Origin: Mizuhopecten yessoensis
Taxonomy: Eukaryota
Length of the DNA: 64,000 nucleotides
Assembly (NCBI RefSeq): GCF_002113885.1
Contig: NW_018408780.1
Coordinates: forward strand, 245,543-309,542
Direction of reading: 5' to 3'
Part shown: piece after piece, positions 49,139 to 62,120 of the stretch
Layout of the letters: the number at the start of each line of letters is the position of its first letter
Numbering within the stretch: the first letter of the stretch is position 1
Notes under the pieces: model-generated
Databases searched by the model: none
Seen by the model: the letters and a program-made list of their open reading frames with translations, nothing else
What the model was told of the DNA's origin: nothing
Made by a program: the position numbers and the translations under genes

Positions 49139-49844
49139 TAAATGCTTTGTCACGGTCATTATATATAAATAGCAAATATAGGAAGACTCCAATTTAGACT
49201 TTAATGGAGAGAACTCAAATAAACACAAACTCAAAAACGCTTCTAGGATATATATATATATATATAAGGTAGCATACAGCCTTAAGAGCTACATTTGTAT
49301 ATAGTTAATGCCAAGTGGTTACCCAACCCCTATGTTCCATTTCAGCCATTGATTCTGGGGAGATTTACATCCAATATCTACCGAGCCAGTTTTAGCTGGA
49401 AAGGATTGTGGCTAGGTTAATGGATGCTCAATAGATAAAGCTCATAGTATATATATTGTTCAAATGGTCTGATGTGATTGTGTCAGCTTTGAGGTCTATT
49501 CAACAGTATTTGAAAGCATTATCAGTGCACTGGTAAGTACATGTAAGTGACAGCTTCGAGGAGCTTGTCCCAGATAAACTATAGAATGATGGTTTCAAAA
49601 TTGAATTTAAGATGAAATTTGGAAATTCTGATTACTTTACGATACTATTATTCACCTTGGTACAATGACACAGAATATCAGTACCCATCACCTGTGGCAA
49701 GTAATAAGATTTGAATTCTTACAATAGATTTGAATACATTGTATGTATGCATATATAGGTATACAAACCAATATAATTGACCTGGATTTTCTTAAAGTTG
49801 ATAAGAGAAAATCAATGAATAAATTGTATGAATGTAGAAGTTGA

Positions 49845-49927
49845 TTCATTCACCCCTGAAATTTCATACTAAACTATTCCAACCTTTGACTTGGAAGAGT
49901 TCAAATGTATCTTCAGGGGTGAATGAG
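49845..49927. mobile_element. 83-bp MITE subfamily B copy (inverted)
   Basis: Reverse-complement match to 17731-17813. Confidence 0.8.
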
Positions 49928-50044
49928 TTAAGACCACACAATCACACCATTCAACTTGTCATGGCAGGCCAATATTTGTTTGTAAACATGTGTACAGGAG
50001 TAGTTTGACCTTTATCAGTACTTTAACTGTTCTTGGAATAATAA

Positions 50045-50811
50045 CCCTGTTGTCCCTATAATTTCCCTATGGATTCGACTTGCGCTCACTCAGCGGCTAT
50101 TGATATCATTATTGTTGTTCTTTAGGGGAGATTGGTTTGATCAGGTCACACCCTGAACTTGTCCCTATAAATCTACAATGGACTAGACTCTCATTGATTT
50201 AGATATTGTAATTGTTGTTCTTTAGGGAAAGTTGGTTTTATCAGGTCACACCCTGTTGTCCCTATAAATCTACAATGGACTAGCCTCTCATTGATTTAGA
50301 TATTGGAATTGTTGTTCTTTAGGGAAGGTTGGTTTTATCAGGTCACACCCTGAACTTGTCCCTATAAATCTACAATGGACTAGCCTCTCATTGATGTAGA
50401 TATTGTAATTGTTGTTCTTTAGGGAAGGTTGGTTTTATCAGGTCACACCCTGTTGTCCATATAAATCTACAATGGACTAGCCTCTCATTGATTTAGATAT
50501 TGTAATTGTTGTTCTTTAGGGAAGGTTGGTTTTATCAGGTCACACCCTGCTGTCCCTATAAATCTACAATGGACTTGTAGCCTCTCATTGATTTAGATAT
50601 TGTAATTGTTGTTCTTTAGGGAAGGTTGGTTTTATCAGGTCACACCCTGAACTTGTCCCTATAAATCTACAATAGACTAGCCTCTCATTGATGTAGATAT
50701 TGTTATTGTTGTTCTTTAGGGAAGGTTGGTTGTATCAGGTCACACCCTGTTGTCCCTATAAATCTACAATGGACTAGCCTCTCATTGATTTAGATATCGT
50801 AATTGTTGTTC
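50045..50811. repeat. 97/100-bp minisatellite, about 8 copies
   Basis: Unit starts ccctg at 50151, 50251, 50348, 50448, 50545, 50645 and 50745. Confidence 0.95.
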
Positions 50812-51377
50812 CTCAATAGGAGAATGCATGCAGAAATTAGATTCTCTGTATAGATTTAATGCCATGGACTATTATTGGTAGTATCCTGATTATTGCTCCT
50901 TAGGAGGGGTGTTTAGTAGGACAGCTGACACTCCTGTAGCCTTTTTATTGGTGCTTGATTCATAATTATAAACTTTTAAAAATACGGTATTGATTTGTCG
51001 GTGAAATTTCACACTTTCCTTCAGTTCGGTAGTTTCCTGTTTTTGATTCGACAATCATTTTGTATTATTGGGTCCCCATTGTGCTTACAAATGTCAGTAG
51101 TATTTAGTACTCAGACCGGTGGCACCATCTGTCAGAAAGGAGATAGACCAACAAATTATTGTATGACCTACAGTGACACAGCCCTGAGAACCTTTATTTA
51201 ACCGGGCCACTACTTACACACTGTAAGCTATAGCTAGCTGGTCCTGGTATTGCGGACTTGGATAAAAGACCACCGGAAAGTGGTTGTTTTCATTGAAATC
51301 CAATTTCTTTTAACTTTTGCCGGTTTCTTTAAATATTCTTATGGAGATCTGTAACAGATAATATAACAACATGAACN

Positions 51378-51413
<36 letters not shown>

Positions 51414-52885
51414 GTTCCAGTTTTAATCCTTGTTTGACCTGTTGCCTGTTGTGAATAATTACCATCCTGCAGTTGTATGGAGATGTCCAAATGTCATAGC
51501 TAGCTCTTCCTTGAAATAGTTGATTTTTCTGTTGAATGTTCTCTGGTATTTTCATATTTCTGTTGAATGTTCTGGAAAATCTGATCGAGGAGTAATGATA
51601 TATACATGATAGGAGAATTCCTGAGATAGTCTGGGTTTGAAGGTTTCCAGATTGTTGTGCAGGTGTGTAGTTATCTAGGCAAGTAGTAACAATACTGTAT
51701 AATCATTCTGTTCTGCCTTGTAAGCCTGGGTGCAGGTACCACTACTACCAGGTATTGTAGCTAGTGTTGAAAGCAGTGGAATCTGGTATATAACCGTACT
51801 TTTAATACAACAAACAATGGTTAACCACAAGGTATTCTGGATGCTATTGTTTTTTTCCTGTTTAGTTCTTATGAAACAGCTCCAAGAGATAAAACTTTAG
51901 AATAATTTTTCTCCTCCATTACAGGTGTAAGGGATTCGTCTGAAAAATTTAACTCTGAACAAATTATGATTTACATTTACGCCACATAGATTTCCCCAAA
52001 AGACACTTCAAAAAATGCATGCCTACAAACTATGATCAGAGATCATACATGAGAAATGTACTGCCACATGTGGCCTGTGGAACAACAACTTTGAGGTAAA
52101 CGATTGCATAAAAATATACAAAGATGATGGATGATAGTTTCATGTTATTCCATTAAGTGTAAAATACATCATTTAACAGACATTCTTGTTTTAATTCACT
52201 GAATTGATAAGTGGTTGACATAAGATAGAATTTTAGTTTAGCTGTTTGATGTGACATTCTGTATATTACAGACGTTATTAAACATGTGATAATTGTTCCA
52301 TGTCTTTATGGCAAAAACAAAAGCTTGTATTATTGTAGTGAAATCAACAGGTATGATATTTAGGATATGTTTGGTAATTCCAAGTTCACCGTAGGTGACA
52401 CAACGTGTGTCTTATTAAGGGATAGGATATATCATGCTGCCAAACGATTTTCCATCCTGGAGCTTAGACTAACTTACCTAAAAGCCTGATTGGCTGGCAC
52501 AGTGGAGCCATTGGTATTCTTGGATTCCAAAACAAATTCACCACATATTTGATTATAGTGATCCCCTTCAAGTAAACTCAGGCCAAATGGGAGTTTTGAC
52601 CGATTTTTTTGTGTTTTTTGTTTTGTTTTTATAAAGAACCTTGGCAAGTTCCGACTATTTACTGCTTTTAAGTTCTTCATTATATTTTTATTTTACATGT
52701 AGATTTTGACAAGTGATCTCCACGTAGGGATATTACTTTGCCTTGAATACTTTCAGAGATAAACAACAGTTTTGTCTTAAGAACCTCTCCTGAGGTCTGA
52801 CACAGCTTTCCTTCGTTGCCTGTTATATTACCTACTAGCACAGGGCCTTATTAATGATCCCTGTTCCGCTGTCAAAAGCTGTAAC

Positions 52886-54921
52886 TGTAGTCAAACCTTA
52901 GCACCTACCAGCTCACTTTAATAGACATGATCAGCAGCTAGTCAATCTTTAGCACCTACCAGCTCACTTTAATAGACATGATCATCAGCTAGTCAAACTT
53001 TAGCACCTACCAGCTCACTTCAATAGACATGATCAGCTAGTCAANNNNNNNNNNNNNNNNNNNNNNNNNNNNNNNNNNNNNNNNNNNNNNNNNNNNNNNN
53101 NNNNNNNNNNNNNNNNNNNNNNNNNNNNNNNNNNNNNNNNNNNNNNNNNNNNNNNNNNNNNNNNNNNNNNNNNNNNNNNNNNNNNNNNNNNNNNNNNNNN
53201 NNNNNNNNNNNNNNNNNNNNNNNNNNNNNNNNNNNNNNNNNNNNNNNNNNNNNNNNNNNNNNNNNNNNNNNNNNNNNNNNNNNNNNNNNNNNNNNNNNNN
53301 NNNNNNNNNNNNNNNNNNNNNNNNNNNNNNNNNNNNNNNNNNNNNNNNNNNNNNNNNNNNNNNNNNNNNNNNNNNNNNNNNNNNNNNNNNNNNNNNNNNN
53401 NNNNNNNNNNNNNNNNNNNNNNNNNNNNNNNNNNNNNNNNNNNNNNNNNNNNNNNNNNNNNNNNNNNNNNNNNNNNNNNNNNNNNNNNNNNNNNNNNNNN
53501 NNNNNNNNNNNNNNNNNNNNNNNNNNNNNNNNNNNNNNNNNNNNNNNNNNNNNNNNNNNNNNNNNNNNNNNNNNNNNNNNNNNNNNNNNNNNNNNNNNNN
53601 NNNNNNNNNNNNNNNNNNNNNNNNNNNNNNNNNNNNNNNNNNNNNNNNNNNNNNNNNNNNNNNNNNNNNNNNNNNNNNNNNNNNNNNNNNNNNNNNNNNN
53701 NNNNNNNNNNNNNNNNNNNNNNNNNNNNNNNNNNNNNNNNNNNNNNNAATAGACATGATCAGCTAGTCAAACCTTAATTAGCACCTACCAGCTCACTTTA
53801 ATAGACATGATCAGCTAGTCAAACTTTAGCACCTACCAGCACACTTCAATAGACATGATCATGATCAGCTAGTCAAACTTTAGCACCTTCCAGCTCACTT
53901 TAATAGACATGATCAGCTAGTCAAACTTTAGCACCTACAGCTCACTTTAATAGAAATGATCAGCTAGTCAAACTTTAGCACCTTCCAGCTCACTTCAATA
54001 CACATGTTCAGCTTGTCAAACCTTAATTAGCACCTACCTGCTCACTTCAATAGACATGATCAGCTATTCAATCTTTAGCACCAACCAGCTCACTTCAATA
54101 GACATGATCAGGCCGGTAGTCAAACCTTCGCATCTACCAGCTCATTTTAAAGTATATGATCAGGTAGTCAAATCTTAGCACCTACCAGCTCACTTTGATC
54201 AGGTAGTCAAACCTTATTACCTACCAGCTTACTTTAATAGACATGATCAGGTAGTCAAACCTTAGTACCTACCAGCTCACTTTGATCAGGTAGTCAAACC
54301 TTATTACCTACCAGCTCACTTCAATAGACATGATCAGCTAGTCAAACATTATAGCACCTTCCAGCTCACTTCAATAGACATGATCAGCTAGTCAAACCTT
54401 AGCACCTACCAGCTCACTTCAATAGACATGATCAGCTAGTCAAACCTTCGCATCTACCAGCTCACTTCAATAGACATGATCAGCTAGTCAAACCTTAATT
54501 AGCACCTACCAACTCACTTCAATAGACATGATCAGCTAGTCAATCTTTAGCACCTACCAGCTCACTTCAATAGACATGATCAGCTAGTCAAACCTTAGCA
54601 TCTTCCAGCCCACTTTAATAGACATGATCAGCTAGTCAAACCTTATTACCTACCAGCTCACTTTAATAGACATGATCAGGTAGTCAAATCTTAGCACCTA
54701 CCAGCACACTTTAATAGACATGATCAGCTAGTCAAACCTTAGCATCTACCAGCACACTTTAATAGACATGATCAGCTAGTCAAACTTTAGCACCTACCAG
54801 CACACTTTAATAGACATAATCAGCTAGTCAAACTTTAGCACCTACCAGCACACTTCAATAGACATGATCAGCTAGTCAAACCTTATTACCTACCAGCTCA
54901 CTTTAATAGACATGATCAGGT
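52886..54921. repeat. ~48-bp satellite spanning an assembly gap
   Basis: tagtcaaaccttagcacctaccagctcacttcaatagacatgatcagc on both sides of the N run. Confidence 0.95.
53045..53747. other. Assembly gap (703 N)
   Basis: N run inside the 48-bp satellite. Confidence 0.99.
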
Positions 54922-55604
54922 CTGATACAGTGATTGATGTTGCCCTTGCAAATTGGCACTGGTAGTTGAATGGCCATGGGTAATATGCATGTCCCAAGTA
55001 TGCTGAGGGACAGTAGAGGCCAGATACTGTGTGACACGAGCAGACCAGTACTGCAGATATATAACTACAAGCACATGCAATTTGCATACAGAGGAAGAGG
55101 TCCAATATATTTTGGCTCTGACAGCTGGTAGTCAATTGTTCAATCAGTACCTTGCTGAGATTTAATAGGTGGCTGCTGTTATGATTATGAGATCTGTATT
55201 TAAGATTTACTGTATTAGAAATACTCTGAAACTCTGATATTATCATCACTTTTATATACATGTAAAAAAAATACATACATATATCATCATAAGTTCCACA
55301 TGTTCCACCAGTTGACAATTTGGCAACACCCTTAACTTACTCAATCCCTAGAATGTTTTCAGAAGCGGTTTGGAGCCAAGTTAATGACAAGGTTCAAGGG
55401 TTATCATCATAGATATGAGGCTCAAGGTTCTTCATATGAGTAAACTTGTCTGTGGTATAAAAAATGGTATTTATCTGGGAGGTCAATGAGTAACATCCAC
55501 CTTGCATCAGACTTAATTTGGCCAAGGCAGGGTCAGACAAGCTGACCGCTTACATCACTCAATAATGTATGGTCATTAAGCCAATAAGAACTTTAGTCAA
55601 ACAT

Positions 55605-57975
55605 AGGAGAGGGCACTCTATAATATCTTGGCTGGATGAAAGTGACAGTGCCTTATGATGAGAAGGCACTCTATAATATCTTGACTGGATGGAGGTGACA
55701 GTGCCTTATGGTGAGAGGGCACTCTATAATATCTTGGCTGGATGAAAGTGACAGTGCCTTATGGTGAGATATTGCTCGCTATAATATTTCGACTGGATGG
55801 AAGTGACAGTGCCTTATGGTGAGAGGGCACTCTATAATATCTTGGCTGGATGAAAGTGACAGTGCCTTATGGTGAGATATTGCTCTCTATAATATTTCGA
55901 CTGGATGGAAGTGACAGTGCTTTATGGTGAGAGGGCACTCTTTATATAATATCTTGACTGAATGGAAGTTACAGTGCCTTATGGTGAGAGGGCGCTCTAT
56001 AATATCTGGACTGGATGGAAGGGACAGTGCCTTATGGTGAGAAGGCGCTCTATAAAAAAGATCTGGACTGGATGGAAGTGACAGTGCCTTATGTTGAGAG
56101 GGCACTCTATATATAATATCTTGACTGGATGGAAGAGACAGTGCCTTATGGTGAGAAGGCGCTCTATAATATAGATCTGGCCTGGATGGAAGTGACAGTG
56201 CCTTATGGTGAGATATTGCTCGCTATAATATTTCGACTGTATGGAAGTGACAGTGCCTTATGGTGAGAGGGCACTCTATAATATCTTAACTGGATGGAGG
56301 TGACAGTGCCTTATGGTGAGATATTGCTCTCTATAATATTTCGGCTGGATGGAAGTGACAGTGCCTTATGGTGAGATATTGCTCGCTATAATATTTCGAC
56401 TGTATGGAAGTGACAGTGCCTTATGGTGAGAGGGCACTCTATAATATCTTAACTGGATGGAGGTGACAGTGCCTTATGGTGAGAGGGCACTCTATATATA
56501 ATATCTTGACTGGACGGAAGTGACAGTGCCTTATGGTGAGAAGGCGCTCTCTAATATAGATCTGGAATGGATGGAAGTGACAGTGCCTTATGGTGAGAGG
56601 GCTCTCTATAATATCTTGGCTGGATGAAAGTGACAGTGCCTTATGATTAGAAGGCACTCTATAATATCTTGACTGGATGGAGGTGACAGTGCCTTATGGT
56701 GAGATATTGCTCTCTATAATATTTCGACTGGATGGAAGAAAGTGACAGTGCCTTATGGTGAGATATTGCTCGCTATAATATTTCGACTGGATGGAAGTGA
56801 CAGTGCCTTATGGTGAGAAGGCGCTCTCTAAAATAGATCTGGACTGGATGGAAGTGACAGTGCCTTATGTTGAGAGGGCACTCTATATATAATATCTTGA
56901 CTCGATGGAAGTGACAGTGCCTTATGGTGAGAGGGCTCTCTATAATATCTTGGCTGGATGAAAGTGACAGTGCCTTATGATGAGAAGGCACTCTATAATA
57001 TCTTGGCTGGATGAAAGTGACAGTGCCTTATGATGAGAAGGCACTCTATAATATCTTGACTGGATGGAGGTGACAGTGCCTTATGGTGAGATATTGCTCT
57101 CTATAATATTTCGACTGGATGGAAGTGACAGTGCCTTACGGTGAGAGGGCACTCTTTATATAATATCTTGACTGAATGGAAGTGACAGTGCCTTATGGTG
57201 AGAGGGCTCTCTATATATATTATCTTGACTGGATGGAAATGACGGTGCCTTATGGTGACAGGGCGCTCTATATATATTATCTTGACTCGATGGAAGTGAC
57301 AGTGCCTTATGGTGAGAGGGCGCTCTATATATATTATCTTGACTGGATGGAAATGACAGTGCCTTATGGTGACAGGGCGCTCTATATATATTATCTTGAC
57401 TGGATGGAAGTGACAGTGCCTTATGGTGAGAGGACACTCTGTAATATCTTGACTGGATGGAAGTGACAGTGCCTTATGGTGAGAGGGCACTCTATAATAT
57501 CTTAACTGGATGGAGGTGACAGTGCCTTATGGTGAGATATTGCTCTCTATAATATTTCGACTGGATGGAAGTGACAGTGCCTTATGGTGAGAGGGCACTC
57601 TATATATAATATCTTGACTGGATGGAAATGACAGTGCCTTATGGTGAGAGGGCGCTCTATATATATTATCTTGACTGGATGGAAGTGACAGTGCATTATG
57701 GTGAGAGGGCACTCTGTAATATCTTGACTGGATGGAAATGACAGGGCCTTATGGTGAGAGGACACTCTGTAATTTCTGAGTTGGATGGAAGTGACAGTGC
57801 CTTTTATTTTATGTGAGAACATGCACACTCAGTAATATCGTTAAAGGAGGAAGCTGACAGTGCCTTCTGGTGAAAGGGAATTTATGATATATTCTGTACT
57901 GGAGGGAAACGATAGTGCTTTTTCGCAAGAGGGAACTCTAAAATATCTGAACTCAAGAGAGTTAATTGTGCCTGA
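55605..57975. repeat. ~53-58-bp satellite, about 40 copies, degenerating at the right edge
   Basis: Core gactggatggaagtgacagtgccttatggtgaga plus a variable TA-rich linker. Confidence 0.95.
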
Positions 57976-59551
57976 GATGAAAGTAAGGGCATTTCTTTGC
58001 AGAAAAAGCTGAAAGGTGATTTATAACTTTATGTCTGCTGTGTTTTTTATGCACTGTTGCAATGACCAGGCACCATGTCACTAATTCAGAGTACAAAGGT
58101 TGTGGAGAAAATCCTGATCTAGCAGTGCCAGTCTGTTTTCAATCCAAACATTATCAAAGATCACATTGACGGATTGTTTTTAAGAACAGGACCAAATGAT
58201 GTTAGGATTTGATTAATACAATATATGTACCCTTTATTTGACAAACCAACATTGACGTTTTCAGTTTGCGGCCTCATGTCAGAAACAATTTGTTCCTAAC
58301 AGAATAAAATGTCCTCTGGTCAAGCTTTGATGGTCACCATACATCAGTTTAACACGATACTGACTGGAGCTGTGGTCAAGACTAATCATTGTCTGGACGA
58401 GTGTTAAACACAAAAATATCTCGTAAATTATGTATGACATGGGACACTTATATACACATACAGAGAGTTTCTGTACAAAAGTGTCTATGTGATGTCACTG
58501 TGGAATTACCAGGCCCCCTACTAAAAGTATTGATGCTATTTCATGCGGTTTGAAGCCTTTATGGTGAATTCTTGATTCCAATACTAACACTCTCCATTCA
58601 CAGACTGATACCACTGACTCTTGTAAAAAAAAACAAAAAAAAAAAAAAAAAACTGATGGGTTATATAAACAAATTAACACAAAGTTGCTGAGGGAAAGCA
58701 TGAATCATGGACTCAAATATCTGAGTCTTCAAATTTACTACAGATATATAACAATTTGAGGGGCACAGTGCACACACCAAATTAGATATCGATGCTTGAT
58801 TGTTTCTTCCATTTAATTCGGATATTGTGGACAGGTCTTGAATACAGTCGAAGTACTAGTGTACTCGAGGTAGTACAGTGAGCTAACAATAGGCTCTGCT
58901 CCAAGATGTACATGTATGTTTGACCACAGAGTGTTGGCATGGAATGCTGTGGTTATAATGCCAGTAAGTCTAGTATATATCTCCATGATATTAATCTTTG
59001 ACCCTATTTTATACTCAATCATAATGCCAGGTATATATGTTTACCTGTATTTAGAGAAACAATTGTACCCGAAATTTTTATACAGCGTTTGTGTTATAGT
59101 GCTACCCATATATATCTGTCCCATCAGTTGTAGGAGATATTCTACTTCATCCCTTTGCGTTGTGTCCCATCCTGATTTACTTTCATCACTCTACTGTTTT
59201 GATTTCATGACAGATTTTCCCAAACTTCATACAAAGATCAAGTACAAGTACACAAGTTTGTGCTTCAGGGTTCTGAGGTCAATATCAAAATCACCACTTG
59301 TTTTTATGGAAATTTTATAGAAAGAGGGATCAGGTGTTAGGATAATACAGACCTATTCACCTGGAACAGTACAATTGTTTTTTTCTCCACAGTCAAACCA
59401 CACAGTGTGTCAATATAAACCAACCAGACACACTGTTACATAGATGCAGTGTAATGATTTGTGGGTGAGGTTAAAGGATAAGGAGAATGCTATAGAAGAT
59501 TATCAAGATATGTGGTGGACTGCCAGGTAGCCATAGGAAAGAATATGTTAG

Positions 59552-59634
59552 CTCATTCACCCCCGAAGACACATTTGAACTCTTCCAATTCAAAGGTTGG
59601 AATAGTTCATTATGAATATTCAGGGGTGAATGAG
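59552..59634. mobile_element. 83-bp MITE subfamily B copy
   Basis: Aligns to 17731-17813. Confidence 0.8.
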
Positions 59635-61824
59635 TTTAAGCCCATTGGTGGAGAGAAGTGAAAAAGAAGGATTGCAGGGCAGAGGAGAGGAAGGATAGTA
59701 TACATCCTACTAGACTGGCTTCCAGCCCCTAAGTTTTTATGAAGAATTTCTCTACTACTAGCTATAGCTTATCTCCCCCTAGTTTATCCAAGTGATCAAA
59801 CGTTTTAGAGTTTATTTTTTTTCTTAATAATTAAGTATTCTAGAGACGAGGGGGCCAGTCTAACATCCTACCTGAAATTACAGGTTTACGATCTATGGTG
59901 GAGAGGGGAGGAGGGAAATAAGTACTTTACCAGGAGTGACTGGGTTAGGTACAATTGAAGGCTCCAGTAGGATTAGTACAGGGTAGGATGATATCAGATA
60001 GTAAAGGGCACCTGTCAGTTGCCAACCAAGATTATTTTGACAAATCAAAAAGTTAATGCCATGTCACCCTCGTCTATGTATGATAAAGATAATTGTTATT
60101 GGCCTATTAAACCATTTGTATATGTTTTGATAGAGCTTTGTTCAAGCTAATCTAAAAGTACTTTGTCCTTTAGTCTATAAACTTCCGCTTGTTAGAATAT
60201 CACCTGATAACGTTTTGTCCTATTTGTCTGTCTATATGACCATGTATACATTTACTTGTATAGATTATATATATGGTCTCAAATCATAGATATATGAATC
60301 GATCTAAAAGGCAAAAACGAAAAACTGATTTTGAGTTAGTTGGTCATTTATTACATCGCATGTGTTTCTGTGCATCAGTGATAGTTTTTATGTTAGATAG
60401 TACCATACATCATGATTAAGACCTACAGCTTCCAATTACGTGCCTGAATATAATGGTTGTTACACTAGAGGTTCTATAGATTTACATTTTTTTAATTAAC
60501 CCAAAAAAACACTTGAATAATAAAAGATTGAAGGTTTATAGAAGGGGACACCGTCCATCAGTCCGTTTGTCCTTGTGACACGTTAATGTTGTCTCTAGAT
60601 CTAGAGATGAAGGCGTGTCTCTTACCAATATCAGGCATTTTGCATCTCTATACAGTGGCCCCTTCATGGTTTTTGATACCTTAATTTATCCAGAGATTGG
60701 GGCTATTGCTTAACCTCATTTCTTTGTCTTGTATGTATATATTTCACTCTTAAAATTGGAGTACATTTTGTATGTACAAATGTTTGAAAAAATTATGTCG
60801 ACCTTTTAGTTGACATTTTGTTCATATTATAGCAATTTATTACTATGTATTTTATGATTGGAATACGTCAAGAATCCTGCTTTAATGATTTCTGTGACTT
60901 TGACAGATGAGTTTTAATTTTACCTTATAATATAAAAACAATAATGCAATCATTGTAAACATACATTGGTACTATTCTGAAACTTTCTCATTTACAACGC
61001 ACTAGGGGGGAATTCAAACATCCAGAAATGATAAGCAGACCTGGCATTCATTATCACAAACCATTACAGAACGATTGAAAATCATTATCCTGTTTTCTGT
61101 AAGCCAGGAAGCTTGCCTCCCCACATATCTCCGGAACACCTGTAGCACATTACAATGTACATATCTAGCTGTCTTCACATACATCACTGCTATCTGTCTG
61201 TTTGTTGTGTTATATATATATATATGAAGGTAGAGTGGTGGGGGTCGTGTCAGGGGGTGGGAACCGCATGTGGCCCTTAGTGAATGTTATGACACATGAC
61301 TAGCTGACTGGTACACACAAATCACCTGTTGGATCCATATCATGCCACTTTCCTCTGAAAGAACATGTCTTTACCCAATTCTACCAACGATGATGTACTT
61401 AAGTGAGTATGTGTGTGGGATTTGTTTGTTTGCCTAATTGGGGTCATATGGGATGAAGGAAGAGCAGCCAATACATGGAACAACATATCAGTAAAATTAT
61501 ATAACAACACTTACACATTTTACACATTTGTGTGCATACGCTTCACTGGTCATTTGTCTGATGAAGGTGACAGTGTACATATCATACTAGTCATCGTAAA
61601 CATCACATAGAAATTGTTTATTGGTTGTGTAAAAAGAACTTTTCACAATCCATACTTACATGTACCAACCTAAAGAAAATGTTTAGAAACACTTAAAAGA
61701 GACATATGAGATGTGTCAAGTCATGTTTTTCCCTTCTTTGTGGAAGTGTCAATCAGTATAGACATACATTTTCATCCACTAACCATAGTTTGGTCATTAG
61801 GAAGGTCAGAGTAACAGAGAAATT

Positions 61825-62120
61825 CAGGACAATGGGAGATAATCAAAAAGAGCAGTGTTAAATAGAACAGGGGAGATAATTGAGTAAGGAAAGATAATCA
61901 GAGTGAAGGGGCAGTATTGAGAACAATCAGCAATATTTAATGCAATGGGAGATAATTAGAATAAGGGAGATAATCAAAATAATGAGAGGTAATAATCAGA
62001 GTAAAGGGGCAGTAGTGAGAACAATCAGCAATATTTAATGCAATGGGAGATAATTAGAATAAGGGGAGATAATCAAAGTAATGGGAGGTAATAATCATAT
62101 TAAAGGGAGATAATCATAAG
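61825..62120. repeat. Degenerate purine-rich gggagataat repeat with an internal ~120-bp duplication
   Basis: Recurring gggagataatca(g/a)a; block 61896-61997 is repeated at about 62000-62097. Confidence 0.75.

Noticed and set aside
51377-51412. 35-nt poly-G (G-quadruplex or polyproline ORF)
   Set aside because: Begins at an N, so length is unreliable and it may be a contig-join artefact.
51925-52095. Possible exon 2 of the plus-strand gene (good acceptor ctcctccattacag)
   Set aside because: In-frame TAG after about 21 codons in phase 1; no recognisable domain.
53037-53756. 239-aa ORF
   Set aside because: Made almost entirely of assembly-gap Ns.
55605-57800. Constant core plus variable linker resembling CRISPR repeat-spacer
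   Set aside because: Linkers are short, related to one another and reused; ordinary satellite variants.
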